Position numbers and translations under genes: made by a program. A stretch of 64,000 bases of DNA. Source: an uncultured Collinsella sp. Its GTDB lineage: Bacteria > Actinomycetota > Coriobacteriia > Coriobacteriales > Coriobacteriaceae. Positions 33,532-43,798 of the stretch are shown here, piece after piece. The notes beneath the pieces were generated by a model. It had not been told where the DNA came from and did no database searches. It saw nothing but the letters and a program-made list of their open reading frames with translations. Numbering within the stretch: position 1 is the first letter of the stretch; each line of letters opens with the position of its first letter. Location: assembly GCA_959600835.1 (NCBI GenBank), contig CAUGNQ010000001.1, positions 41,175 to 105,174 on the forward strand, read 5' to 3'.

Positions 33532-33794
33532 AACGATAGCCCGCCAGTTGTTTCTTTCCAACGTTTGCAAATCAGCGCATGGTTAGATGAAACAAACTGC
33601 ATGATATCGCGTAAATCCCGAGCAGGAATATCGCCCTTGTTATGGGCCAGCTTGCATCCGCCGGAGCGGGTAAGCCATATCTTGGTTGCCTCGGCAGTGG
33701 GGCGCTTGACCGCAACGTGAACATGGACAGGTTCGCCGTTCTCCCCCGTCCAGAAGAAGATGATGTACGGCCCGAGTCGAAACAGGCTAGGCAT
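33522..33794 (-). CDS. DUF4160-like small protein
   Basis: MPSLFRLGPYIIFFW...EPVHVHV...TKIWL pattern; start overlaps the upstream gene. Confidence 0.75.
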   Translation of the reverse strand: MPSLFRLGPYIIFFWTGENGEPVHVHVAVKRPTAEATKIWLTRSGGCKLAHNKGDIPARDLRDIMQFVSSNHALICKRWKETTGGLSFYC

Positions 33795-34047
33795 AGACTC
33801 GTCCGCCTTCGTAGGCAAAACGCAGGATGAGCGGGGCATTGTTACGCACGAAATCATCGAGTTCTTTGAGGTCTGCTTCGCTAAAGCCCTCGTGTGACAC
33901 CCAATTGAATGCCGGCAAGATACACTCCGCCGTGTCAAAACCCCAATCGCGCGGGCGCTCCACAACAACCTTCACCGTGTTGTCCTCCCGGACTTCGGAA
34001 TACGAAACCTGCGTATCGTCCTCAAGGCGGACATATTCCCACATCAT
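33787..34047 (-). CDS. Small acidic hypothetical protein, coupled to the DUF4160-like gene
   Basis: 86-aa ORF with ggag RBS and 8-nt overlap with the downstream gene. Confidence 0.7.
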   Translation of the reverse strand: MMWEYVRLEDDTQVSYSEVREDNTVKVVVERPRDWGFDTAECILPAFNWVSHEGFSEADLKELDDFVRNNAPLILRFAYEGGRVYA

Positions 34048-34101
34048 AAGCTCGCTCCGTTCAAAGGGTTCTCTTCTTGAGCAGTATACCCGCCTGCGCA
34101 G

Positions 34102-36585
34102 CTACTCCACCGGTTTGAAGATGGTGGCCTGACCGAAGACGCTGCGGATGAGGTCTTTGGCCTCGTCCTCGGTCTGCGGGATGCTCGGGGCTGCGCCCTG
34201 ATGGCCGAAGGGGCTGCCCGCACCGGGGTTGGACTCCCAGGGAGCTGCAGGAGCGCTCTCCTCTTTGGGGGCAGCTGCAGCGGGCTTGGGCGCGGGCGTC
34301 GCACCCGGCACGTCGAACGGAGGCAGATCGTCCCCGCCCGCATCGGCGGCAAAACCGGCGACCATGGCATCGTCGTAGGGCACCCGCTCGGATTCCCACG
34401 GTGCAGACTGCGCGGACGGCTGAGCCTTGGGAGCGGACGCGCGCTCGGGCGCACGGGGCGCAGGCTCAGTCGGGAGCTTGCCCGTGGCGGGAGCGCCGGC
34501 AGGGTTATCCGAGCGCAGCCAGGGGGCCTTGCCCAGGTCGGATGACTTGGGTGCAGGCGCAGCGGCAGGCTTGGGCGCGGGGACCGAAGCAGCCTGTTTG
34601 GGCGCAGCGGGTTCAGGCGCCGACGGGGTCGGTGCCGCTACCGGTGCCGCTTTTGGCTGCGTCGCGCTGGCGCTCGAGGATACAGGGGCCGCCGAGGACA
34701 CGGGCTGCGGGTCCGCAGATGCCGCAGCCCGTGCAGATGGAGAATGCTCCTCATGTTGAGGAGCCGGCGTGCCACCTCCATCCAGGACGTAGTCGACGGT
34801 GCGACGACCGAAGACCGCGCAGACCGTCGGCAGGACCACCGATTGCGTGTCAGCGCGGCCGAGCATCTTGATGGCAAAGGTCGAGCCCGCGGGGAACGAG
34901 ACCGTGAGCTTGGAGCCGTCGTCGGCCGTGGCGCGAGCGTTGAGCAAAAGCCCTGCGTAGGAGGCCTGACGAGCCTTGACGCGCTCGACAACCTCGGCCC
35001 ATTTGCGCTGCAGCTCTCCGGCATCCTCGACCGCGGGGGTCTCGGCGGCACCGGCGGCAGCAACCTGGGCGGCGGTGTTGGGCTGGGGCTTAGGTGCCGG
35101 AGCGGTGGCAGGTGCGGGGGCTGCAACGGGCTGAGGCGTCGGAGCCGGCGCAGGCTGAGGTGCAGACGCTGCAGGCTTGGAAGCCGACACGGACGCAGAA
35201 CGGGGCGCAGGCTGAGCCGCCGGAGCGGCAGCACCACGGTCCCAAGGCATACCGCCCTGGCGCGCGGACGTATCAGCGGTGGTAGCAGATGCCGCCGGAG
35301 TAGCGGCTCGGGCACCCGAGATCAGCGTCGGCTGCTGGGCAGCAGCGGGTACGGATGCTGCAGGCGCGGTGGCCTGAGCAGCAGCCACGCTCGCCGGCAC
35401 CGCGGCATTGGCAACCATGGCCTCCAGACGCGCCACGCGCTCGGCCAATGCCTCAATCGTTAAATCAGCCTCGGGACGTGCCAGACGCGTACAGGCAATC
35501 TCGAGCACCAGGCGCACGTCGCTCGCGCCCCTCATCTCCAGTGCGGCATCGTCGAGCACCGTCAGCACGCGGGCCAGGCGGTCGGCAGGATGCTCGCCAA
35601 AGGCAGCGGCCTCGGCAGCAAGCGCCTCGGCCTGCTCGGAGCCGCCCTCAAACAGCTCGGCACGGGCACCGGCAACGCAGGCAACGTACACGTCACGCAC
35701 ATGCGCTACCAGGTCGCGCGTCAGCTCCAGCAGGTCGTTTCCTTCCTCGACCTGCGCACGGATCAGTCCATAGAGCTCGGCAACATCGCGATCGGCAATG
35801 GCGCGGGAAAACTCGCCCAGAATCTGGTCCGAAACCTCGCCTAAAAGCGAGCGGGCATCGTCCGCATGCACAGAACCGTTGCCAAAAACGCTCAGCTGCT
35901 CCAGCGTGGACAACGCGTCGCGCATACCGCCCTTGGCATGGCGCGCCACGATAGCCAGCGCCTCATCGTCGTAATCGAAGCCCTCCTGCTCGCACACGTA
36001 TGCCAGGCGACGCTCGATATCCTCGTTGCCGATGCGATGGAAATCGAAACGCTGGCAGCGCGAGAGGATGGTCTCCAGAATCTTTTGCGGGTCGGTGGTG
36101 CACAGCACAAAGATCACGTGTGCCGGCGGCTCCTCGAGCGTCTTGAGCAGCGCGTTGAACGCCGCCGTCGTGAGCATGTGGACCTCGTCGATGATATAGA
36201 TCTTGTACTTGCCGCGCACCGGGGCAAAGTTGACGGAGTTGATGATTTCCTCGCGCACATTGTCCACGCCCGTGCGGGAGGCGGCATCGAGCTCGTAGAC
36301 ATCAGGGTGGTTACCCTCGGCAATGAGCTCGCACTCCTCGCAAGTACCGTCGGGCATGCAGCCGCTTGCACCCTCGGCGCGCGCCGCCTCGGCATTGCGG
36401 CACAGCAGCGCCTTGGCCAGAATGCGCGCCATGGTGGTCTTGCCCGTGCCGCGCGGTCCGCAGAACAGGTAGGCGTGGGACAGGCGCCCCTCGGTGATGG
36501 CGTGCTCGAGCGTCGAGACGATATGCTGCTGGCCCACCACGGAGTCAAAGGTGAGCGGGCGATACTTTCGGTACAACGATTCCAT
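34102..36585 (-). CDS. dnaX: DNA polymerase III subunit gamma/tau
   Basis: MESLYRKYRP, GPRGTGKT, ELDAAS, IIDEVHML, SRCQ; long Pro/Ala-rich linkers. Confidence 0.96.
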   Translation of the reverse strand: MESLYRKYRPLTFDSVVGQQHIVSTLEHAITEGRLSHAYLFCGPRGTGKTTMARILAKALLCRNAEAARAEGASGCMPDGTCEECELIAEGNHPDVYELDAASRTGVDNVREEIINSVNFAPVRGKYKIYIIDEVHMLTTAAFNALLKTLEEPPAHVIFVLCTTDPQKILETILSRCQRFDFHRIGNEDIERRLAYVCEQEGFDYDDEALAIVARHAKGGMRDALSTLEQLSVFGNGSVHADDARSLLGEVSDQILGEFSRAIADRDVAELYGLIRAQVEEGNDLLELTRDLVAHVRDVYVACVAGARAELFEGGSEQAEALAAEAAAFGEHPADRLARVLTVLDDAALEMRGASDVRLVLEIACTRLARPEADLTIEALAERVARLEAMVANAAVPASVAAAQATAPAASVPAAAQQPTLISGARAATPAASATTADTSARQGGMPWDRGAAAPAAQPAPRSASVSASKPAASAPQPAPAPTPQPVAAPAPATAPAPKPQPNTAAQVAAAGAAETPAVEDAGELQRKWAEVVERVKARQASYAGLLLNARATADDGSKLTVSFPAGSTFAIKMLGRADTQSVVLPTVCAVFGRRTVDYVLDGGGTPAPQHEEHSPSARAAASADPQPVSSAAPVSSSASATQPKAAPVAAPTPSAPEPAAPKQAASVPAPKPAAAPAPKSSDLGKAPWLRSDNPAGAPATGKLPTEPAPRAPERASAPKAQPSAQSAPWESERVPYDDAMVAGFAADAGGDDLPPFDVPGATPAPKPAAAAPKEESAPAAPWESNPGAGSPFGHQGAAPSIPQTEDEAKDLIRSVFGQATIFKPVE

Positions 36586-36701
36586 GGGTGCTCCCCCGGG
36601 TATACTGAGTCTTGTTGCCGCGGCGGCCATGCGGTCGCACGGCATACTGCATTCCATAATAACCCGTACGGCGAGCCCGCCGCGATAGGAGTCCAAAGAG
36701 C

Positions 36702-37418
36702 ATGGCAGACGCAGAGAGCAACCTCGTTCCCTCCGAAGCAGCCGACCAGGTCGAGGTCGCGCTCGAGGAGCAGGCCGCAGCCGACGACGGCATCCTGTAC
36801 CTCAACGAGTACCAATACGAAAACGACCTCGTCACCGACTTCGCCCGCCTGGTCGCCTCGCCCAGGCGTCGCGGCTCGCTGTATGTCGCCGCGGCAATTG
36901 CCGCGCTCATCGGCATCGGCATGCTGGTGGCCGGCGGCAACTGGATCAAGTTTGGCGTCGTCTTGATCGTATTCGGCGCCTTTTTGGCCTGGTGGAGCAA
37001 AAACCTGCACCACACCCTCGCCCGCGACTTTATCGACGCCGTTGAGGCCGACGAGTCCATGGGTGGCCGCTATCGCCGCGTCGCCGCCAACGAGGACGGC
37101 CTGATGGTTTGGGGCACGAGCGGCAAGTCGCAGTTCTTCCCGTTTGAAAAGCTCGACCACGTGCTCGACGGCGAGCGCATCTTTGTGGCCATGTTCGCCG
37201 ACCAGGGCGTGACGATCCCTAAGGACACCTTTGTCCGCGGCGATGCCGAGCAGTTCGGTCCCTTCCTTAAGGCGCGCATCAACAAAAAACTCCGCATCGA
37301 GACCAAACGCAAGAAGATGAAGGCAGAAAAGGCCGCTGCCGAAGCAAAACAGGGCGACAAGCCCCAGGAGACCAAGGGCAAGCAGCGCAAGCAGAAGAAG
37401 AGCAAGAAGAAGCGGTAG
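36702..37418 (+). CDS. YcxB-like membrane protein
   Basis: Two TM helices then a PH-like region ending GVTIPKDTF; Lys-rich tail. Confidence 0.65.
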   Translation: MADAESNLVPSEAADQVEVALEEQAAADDGILYLNEYQYENDLVTDFARLVASPRRRGSLYVAAAIAALIGIGMLVAGGNWIKFGVVLIVFGAFLAWWSKNLHHTLARDFIDAVEADESMGGRYRRVAANEDGLMVWGTSGKSQFFPFEKLDHVLDGERIFVAMFADQGVTIPKDTFVRGDAEQFGPFLKARINKKLRIETKRKKMKAEKAAAEAKQGDKPQETKGKQRKQKKSKKKR

Positions 37419-37523
37419 GCCGGCCGACACCGAAGGCGCCTCGTCCCGCGCCCGATTCCGGGCCGGGGCGCCTGGAATCGGGCGCGCGTACCGCCAATGG
37501 ACCCGTTTTGCCTTGCTCTCGAG

Positions 37524-38192
37524 CTATTTCACTTCAAACCTTAAGAGCCTCCGCTCCGGCAGATCGGTCATCTTCATCGTGTAAGTCCCGGGAAATGCTT
37601 TCTCAAAACGGACGGTCTCGTAACCTTCGAAATAGTCGTTGGTGTTCTGCATCATAAATGGGACGAGCAACTCGTTTTCTGCCCCAACCTCCACGGCAAA
37701 CGCAGCAGAGCCGCCAAGGACCGGCATGGCTTGCGTTATCAGATCGGTATTGACTACAAAATCATAGTTTGGCGCAGACTCCGGAACCAGATGCCAAACA
37801 TACGCTTTGATTCCACCGTCGATATTATCCCTATTTCTGACACGCATCTTTACGGCGATAACGCACGTGATGTCGGCATCCTTCAGTCTCGTTTTCGTAT
37901 CCACGGTGCCATATTTTGAATAATCGTCATGTGCTCGTTTGAGATACTCGCGCGGCGTGAGCAACTCTGCCCCGTCTATGCAAAACGAATACCCATCAGT
38001 CACCACATCCTTCGACCCCAGAAACGCTCCATCCATCGAGAGCCATTCGCCCTCCGCGTAATATTTCTCAGGAATGACCGTCCGGTTCCCGTTAACGACG
38101 CTCACCCTCATGCCCGCAAGGCCGGCAGCAGCACAGCAAAAAAGCGCGAGCGCCGATCTTCTCGTCCACAGGGTCTTCTTCATCGCGCTCAC
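37524..38192 (-). CDS. Membrane-anchored hypothetical protein, last gene of the ABC cassette
   Basis: N-terminal anchor; start overlaps the ATPase stop. Confidence 0.65.
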   Translation of the reverse strand: MSAMKKTLWTRRSALALFCCAAAGLAGMRVSVVNGNRTVIPEKYYAEGEWLSMDGAFLGSKDVVTDGYSFCIDGAELLTPREYLKRAHDDYSKYGTVDTKTRLKDADITCVIAVKMRVRNRDNIDGGIKAYVWHLVPESAPNYDFVVNTDLITQAMPVLGGSAAFAVEVGAENELLVPFMMQNTNDYFEGYETVRFEKAFPGTYTMKMTDLPERRLLRFEVK

Positions 38193-38833
38193 GACCTTTC
38201 CCGAACTTTCACAACGGCACCGTCGCGCATGCAGTAAACCCGATCGGCCAGTTCCTCGAGCACCTCTCCGTCATGGCTGGACAGAAGGACCTCACGACCC
38301 GTTGATGCCGCCATCGCCACAACGCGCTTGAGCATTTCAACGCCCGCTTCGTCGAGGGCATTCGTTGGCTCATCGAGAACAAGCAGCTTCGGCTTCTCCA
38401 TAATTGCCGCAGCTATCCCCAGACGCTGCTTCATCCCAAGCGAGTATGCTCGGAACTTCTTTTTTTCGTCTGCATCGAGCCCCACGAGCCGCAGGGCAGA
38501 GCGAATGTCCTCGGGGGTGGCAACGCCCTTGATCTGAGCGATGAGCTTCAGATTGTCGTAGCCAGACAGATATCCCAAAAAGGAAGGCGCCTCGATCAAC
38601 ATCCCCAGACTCGGCGGGAACGAGATGTCCGCCCCAAGCCTTTGGCCATCGATAGAGATTTCGCCTTCGGTAGGCTTGATCAACCCGCAAACCGCTCGCA
38701 TGAGCATGGTCTTACCCGAACCGTTTATCCCCTGAAGCCCGACCACAGTCCCAGGGTCAACCTCGATGGACACGTTGCGCAGGACATCGTTTTTACCCAT
38801 GCGCTTCGATACGCCCCTTACGATCACACTCAT
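38189..38833 (-). CDS. ABC transporter ATP-binding protein
   Basis: GINGSGKT, YSLGMKQRL, LVLDEPTN, SSH; start MSVIVRGV. Confidence 0.92.
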   Translation of the reverse strand: MSVIVRGVSKRMGKNDVLRNVSIEVDPGTVVGLQGINGSGKTMLMRAVCGLIKPTEGEISIDGQRLGADISFPPSLGMLIEAPSFLGYLSGYDNLKLIAQIKGVATPEDIRSALRLVGLDADEKKKFRAYSLGMKQRLGIAAAIMEKPKLLVLDEPTNALDEAGVEMLKRVVAMAASTGREVLLSSHDGEVLEELADRVYCMRDGAVVKVRERS

Positions 38834-39666
38834 ATCTTGTCCCCCTTTTCTATAAGGTCGGCCCTTCGAAACCACAGTCCACCCAACGATAGGCATAACG
38901 ACATAAGCCCAATTGATGACAAGACACTCGAGCCCGCCGCGATTCCCTCTTTGACAATTCCACCCCAGCGCAACAGCATCAAGGCGTTACCCAATAGCGC
39001 CCAATGTCGTGCATATGCCGAGCAGATCAGGTAGCTCATTAAAACCACAAACGAGACTGACGACCCAAGCACAAACCCAACCGCTGCCTGCGCAAACGCA
39101 AGCGCCTCAAAAGCAAATAAGAGACCTATGAAAAACGGCAGCGCATCTGCCTCGGCAGCTTTGAGAAACCACGGCGCCAAATTAGCCAGTTGAAGCGACT
39201 CACCATGAATGACCGCGCTGAACGAGGAGCTCACCACCAAGCTCCAAATCACAACAGAGCAAACCACCACGAGCAGTGAAAATGCCGTTACTGCCGCCAC
39301 CAAGATAAAACGCGAGACCCACCAAAGGGTTCTTGCCCGGCATCGAACAAGCGCTTGCAAACCAAACCCGTGCAACGATTCGGTCGGATAGTCGAGTGTT
39401 GTATAGAGAATAAGCAGAATGAGAAATAGCCATCCTAGCGGAGGCACAAACATGACCCCGGGCCTAGGCTCAAACGGAGCAGATCCGGCAAACACGAGCG
39501 CAAGATTATCCGCAAACCCCAAGGTATCCGTTCTAACCCCATACACAGAAGACAATCCGTAGGCGTACACCAAGTTCGCAACGGTCACTGCCGCAATTGC
39601 AATAAAAGTAAGGATGTTCTTCTTCAAAACGGTCCTCAGGTCCGCGGCGACCAGCCTAAACAGCAT
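38830..39666 (-). CDS. ABC-2-like membrane permease subunit
   Basis: About 6 TM helices; overlaps both neighbours. Confidence 0.7.
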   Translation of the reverse strand: MLFRLVAADLRTVLKKNILTFIAIAAVTVANLVYAYGLSSVYGVRTDTLGFADNLALVFAGSAPFEPRPGVMFVPPLGWLFLILLILYTTLDYPTESLHGFGLQALVRCRARTLWWVSRFILVAAVTAFSLLVVVCSVVIWSLVVSSSFSAVIHGESLQLANLAPWFLKAAEADALPFFIGLLFAFEALAFAQAAVGFVLGSSVSFVVLMSYLICSAYARHWALLGNALMLLRWGGIVKEGIAAGSSVLSSIGLMSLCLSLGGLWFRRADLIEKGDKI

Positions 39667-40547
39667 CAGACCACCTCGCGTCTTTTCCACGCCCCAGAAA
39701 AAGCCAACGAAGCAAGGGTCAATAATATGATTTCCGCAAAACCGGCTCGAATGTCTGGCCAGTTATTCAGCGATTCCGACCTGATGCTGTTGAGGATATT
39801 GCAGTTAAACCCCACACAAGCCATTACGCCGAAGATCCAGCCATTTGCAAAATGCCACGCAACCATTAGCAGATACGGGACAATTATCGCTTTGATTCTG
39901 CTACGAAACAAAATTGAGAAGCCAGTTACAGCCATGGATAAAGTCCCGAGCGTGACAGCATCGAACAGCGTGTATGCGAGCACATATGACAAAGGATGCG
40001 AATAAAATAGACCGGAGAAGTAGCTATGCAGGTAAAGTCCTACGTAAGTCGACTCATCGACCCGAGGAAGATACGCAGGAAAAAGCATCGAGACGATCAG
40101 GAAATTGACGAGCAGAGGAATGGCAGTCACTGTAAACGCGGAGAGGAAAGCAGACAGCATCTTTACGTTCACGTACGCCTTTCTGGAAACGCGCGTGCAT
40201 ATCTGCATGTCATAACCACTCAAACGCTCAAAGAGACACGACCAAGATCCAGCCAACATTGCAAGCAGGGGCAGTGCATAGAAAAACACCGACGCAGACA
40301 GTGGCGCGTTCGCGCTCACAACAATCCAGTTACCGAAGCTGCTTTCACGTGTTTGACCGAGATAATTTTCGGCTTGCACGCCAACGCCGTAACCAAAAGA
40401 AAGAAGGTTGTGGCGCTCTTTTTCCAAATTTGCCCACGGCTCCAGCGCGGCAGCTATTGCAACTGCGACCGCAATCAAGAGAGCAAGGATAAAAGCTGGA
40501 CGTCTAATCGTTTTCGACAGTTCGTATCTTGCGAGCTTTTGGTTCAT
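39666..40547 (-). CDS. ABC-2-like membrane permease subunit
   Basis: About 6 TM helices; GGAGGAGG RBS before MNQKLARY. Confidence 0.7.
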   Translation of the reverse strand: MNQKLARYELSKTIRRPAFILALLIAVAVAIAAALEPWANLEKERHNLLSFGYGVGVQAENYLGQTRESSFGNWIVVSANAPLSASVFFYALPLLAMLAGSWSCLFERLSGYDMQICTRVSRKAYVNVKMLSAFLSAFTVTAIPLLVNFLIVSMLFPAYLPRVDESTYVGLYLHSYFSGLFYSHPLSYVLAYTLFDAVTLGTLSMAVTGFSILFRSRIKAIIVPYLLMVAWHFANGWIFGVMACVGFNCNILNSIRSESLNNWPDIRAGFAEIILLTLASLAFSGAWKRREVV

Positions 40548-40601
40548 ACGTCCTCCTCCCCCTTCCGACCCAGAAAGCCGGAAGGGAGCCATTTCAAACA
40601 A

Positions 40602-41126
40602 CTATGCGGGAAGCTTGTGGAAATGCCCGACGCAGTCGGGGCTCCATACGCCAATAACAGTGCCGTAGCCAGACTCCGCCCATGCAGTCAGTCGCGCCGC
40701 AGATCGCCCGTTCTCACGGACGAGGTTATACATTTCCCACTGTCCCTTGTGATTCGAACGATACGTTCCCTGAGTACAATTCATGCTGCCGCTACCGCTT
40801 GTGTTATACGCACCGTCTGTATATAACCGAAGCGGATTTCCCGTATGGCCCTGGATATCCAGATAGAGCGATGAGGAATCATCCTTTTGACGGTAGCCAG
40901 TTGCACTCGTCCCGGCACATTGAAAACTAAATGCCTTATCGGCATTGTTCGTACAGGTCGTAATTCCCGTATCGGCGTTTTGAGTAATGCTGGAAACCTG
41001 AGAGGTGTCAAACTCCTCTTGTGCAAACGATGCAGCGGGAACCCCTAGGGACAGACCAGCTGCAATCACCAAGCCGACTCCGATTCGAGCAATAGCGCTC
41101 CTTGGCTTAATCATGGCCTTCTCCAA
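40602..41126 (-). CDS. Secreted protein, DUF2712-like
   Basis: Sec signal peptide (..PAASFA), R-x-K motif (YRQKDD), C-terminal GVWSPD. Confidence 0.6.
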   Translation of the reverse strand: MEKAMIKPRSAIARIGVGLVIAAGLSLGVPAASFAQEEFDTSQVSSITQNADTGITTCTNNADKAFSFQCAGTSATGYRQKDDSSSLYLDIQGHTGNPLRLYTDGAYNTSGSGSMNCTQGTYRSNHKGQWEMYNLVRENGRSAARLTAWAESGYGTVIGVWSPDCVGHFHKLPA

Positions 41127-41223
41127 TCAAAAGCGGTTAACAATGCGTCGACGCACGGCAACCTTCGCATGAATAGAGAAAGATGTCTGTAAACACCCGC
41201 TATTGAGTTGATTGCTCAGGCGT

Positions 41224-43380
41224 TTACACGTTATTTACCTGCGATAACAATAAAATTAGCTCCGCCTTATTCTTGATCTTCAACTGGCGGTAAGATGCAG
41301 ACCGCAGCGCTTGCACCGTAGATGCAGCGTAACCGACATCCTCCGCAATGGCCTTTGTCGTTGCCCCCTCTGCCGTCATCAGCAAAATTTGCGACTGAAC
41401 ATCAGAAAGGGAGCGCGACGTAAGCAGGGCCAGCTGGCGCACGCGGGCCGTTTCGGTGGACCCGTTCGCCCGGTACTCCAAGACGGCCTTCTCGTCCTCA
41501 ACCGAGCGGGCGAGCGCGATGTGCGTAACGAACATGGGCACAGACCAGCAAACAATCACCGTTGCCACGACGACATTGACAGCCGAACTTTGCCCCAACA
41601 ACGACGCGAGGAACAACGGCTCGAAAACCGTCAGATCCTGCACCATATTGAGCAAGACAGCCCAAACAGGAGCCGTCGCCCCGAAGCAAAGCATCCATAT
41701 CCCAAGCATTTTGCGCTGCGGACAGCTTCGCATCACTATATATGTGAGCAGCACCCCCGTCAGCACCGCAAGTCCATGGATTCGCCCCCTAGCGACCGCA
41801 TAGATTAAGGCAACCATGCCCATTGACACCAACGGCACGATAGCCCGAGCATGGGCATGCACCTTAAACGGACGCAGCCCAACAGCGAGCGAAGCCGTAG
41901 ACGCCACGCCGCAAAACAGGACCGGCACAGCCATCAACGGAACGCGTATGCACATCAATGCCGCGATATAGATAAAAGACCATTCCACAGCAGATAGCAC
42001 CGCCCATACGTACGGGCTTCCGAGCCAAATCGCTTCACCCGCTCTATCCAGCGCAGCGCCACGATTCGCTTTTCCACCCGCGTAGCGTAGCGACAGAAGC
42101 AGTCCGAGACCCAATGCGTAGCTTAAGAGGGAAAAGGCGACAGCCCGCGAAACACCGGACCCCCAATCGCTATCCGCCATTACCAAGGGCCCCGCCGCAA
42201 GGAGGATAAAGAATAATGTGAGCAGGTATCGAAACAGCCGGCGCGTTCGAGCTGATGCCACTATATCGTCAGCATGCCGCTGCGGTAGCTCATGCCCTAC
42301 AGTATCGCCCTCACCCGCAAACAGCGCCACGAGCTCGCGTGAGCCCGCAACCGACGCCTTCCCGTATGCTCGGTGAAGCGTTGTTCTCACCGTCGATGGC
42401 TTCGTATCCGTCTCCTTGGCAATTTCCGCCGGCGTTTTCCCTTTGAGCAGCAGTCGAACAAACTGCTCTTCTCTAGGCGACAGGGCAGGGGAAAACACCC
42501 CCGCATCGAATGTGTCGGACGCACAGGCGATATCCGAATTGTTGTCCCGTTTCCCCCTTAGCAACATGCATACGAAGGCAGCAGCGATAACGGACCCCAT
42601 CGCCAGCAATGCAATGACCACGGCATCGCTTGCGAAGTATGCCGCCTCAACAGCCGGAATAAGACCAATAGGAACTGCTACGAGCACAGAACAGGCAAAC
42701 ACGTCGCGCCGCCCATGGCCAAAGGCACGAGGGCGGCAAAACGGCGGGGCCACAGTCAATGCGAGATAGACCAACGGAATTAAAAGCGCAAGGCCAATTG
42801 ACGCGGCCGTTACAGGGGGCATCCCCCATGGCTCGGGAACGACTCTCCATGAAACTCGACAGCAAAACAGCAGGCAAGACATGACGGCTATTGTTTCTGT
42901 AAAAATCGCGTCCTGCGGGTGACGAGTTTCCCTTTCGTCAGTCCGTGTCGACCTCTGCGTCAAAGGAGAGTCCGCCGTGCCCCAAATAACATATGAGAGA
43001 AGCAGCGACCCAACAAAGCACGAGACACACGAAACGCCATGTAACAACCAAATCGGTGCAAACACGATTGGAATAGAGTCTCCGCGAGCATAGAAAGCCA
43101 GGTCGGCCCATTCGGGAACCGTTGCAATAACACCAAGGAAAACACCGATGGCACCGAGATGCCTCGGCCTTCTCATTCCCCCCTTGCATAGCGCAGCACC
43201 ATGAACAAACGCCGCGAGGCATGCGCCCAGGATAACGAGCCAGGTCATTGCACCTGACGCTAGGCCGATTGAAGATGAAAACCGGTGATAAGGGGTGACC
43301 GCCATTACGACAAGCGCAATGGCGCAGGCAAATGTAGCAGAACGGCGGGAAAAGAGCATACGGCCTCCATAGCGTGTCAT
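41224..43380 (-). CDS. Multi-TM transcriptional regulator with two LuxR-type HTH domains
   Basis: LSPREEQFVRLLLKG...IA...STVRT (central) and LSDVQSQILLMTAEG...IA...STVQA (C-terminal), each preceded by a TM block. Confidence 0.8.
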   Translation of the reverse strand: MTRYGGRMLFSRRSATFACAIALVVMAVTPYHRFSSSIGLASGAMTWLVILGACLAAFVHGAALCKGGMRRPRHLGAIGVFLGVIATVPEWADLAFYARGDSIPIVFAPIWLLHGVSCVSCFVGSLLLSYVIWGTADSPLTQRSTRTDERETRHPQDAIFTETIAVMSCLLFCCRVSWRVVPEPWGMPPVTAASIGLALLIPLVYLALTVAPPFCRPRAFGHGRRDVFACSVLVAVPIGLIPAVEAAYFASDAVVIALLAMGSVIAAAFVCMLLRGKRDNNSDIACASDTFDAGVFSPALSPREEQFVRLLLKGKTPAEIAKETDTKPSTVRTTLHRAYGKASVAGSRELVALFAGEGDTVGHELPQRHADDIVASARTRRLFRYLLTLFFILLAAGPLVMADSDWGSGVSRAVAFSLLSYALGLGLLLSLRYAGGKANRGAALDRAGEAIWLGSPYVWAVLSAVEWSFIYIAALMCIRVPLMAVPVLFCGVASTASLAVGLRPFKVHAHARAIVPLVSMGMVALIYAVARGRIHGLAVLTGVLLTYIVMRSCPQRKMLGIWMLCFGATAPVWAVLLNMVQDLTVFEPLFLASLLGQSSAVNVVVATVIVCWSVPMFVTHIALARSVEDEKAVLEYRANGSTETARVRQLALLTSRSLSDVQSQILLMTAEGATTKAIAEDVGYAASTVQALRSASYRQLKIKNKAELILLLSQVNNV

Positions 43381-43501
43381 TATATCGCTCGAGCCGCTCG
43401 TTTATCTCTGTTCTCACACCAGCCAGCATCAATGATTCAGGCGAACTCCAATCCGCGCCAGATCACGGTCCGGCTTTTGTTCGCAGTCCCCACATCAAAG
43501 C

Positions 43502-43639
43502 GGGATGCGGTTTCCTTTTGGACGCCGGTTCGGAAAGCGCATCCCGTTCCAGGGCAATATTCTGGGATGCAGTTTCCGCAGCCCACCCCATTTGGAAAGC
43601 GCATCCCATAATTTGGCTGAAAACTGAGATGCGCTTTCC
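43502..43639. repeat. Array of five alternating 14-bp motifs (GGAAAGCGCATCCC and inverse)
   Basis: Motifs start at 43502, 43532, 43564, 43594 and 43626. Confidence 0.8.
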
Positions 43640-43798
43640 AAACGAGCCGAAACGGGCCGAATCGATCGGGCCACCTCGCATCCCGCTATCCTCGCCATCT
43701 GCCCGAGCGTGCTACACTAGCAGCATCTATGCCACCGCGAACGGCTCGGCCCCGCGCCCGCCGCTCGCAAACGAACTTTAAACGCACGAGGGTTGGCC

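Noticed and set aside
34102..36585. Programmed frameshift or protein repeats in dnaX
   Set aside because: No slippery A-run noticed; Pro/Ala-rich linkers are ordinary for actinobacterial DnaX
36590..36700. SRP RNA (ffs) upstream of dnaX
   Set aside because: The conserved SRP domain IV motif was not recognisable; the region looks like a short divergent promoter
43502..43639. Periodic arrays read as CRISPR
   Set aside because: Motifs are only 14 bp, alternate in orientation and have 15-18 nt spacers; no cas genes are in the window
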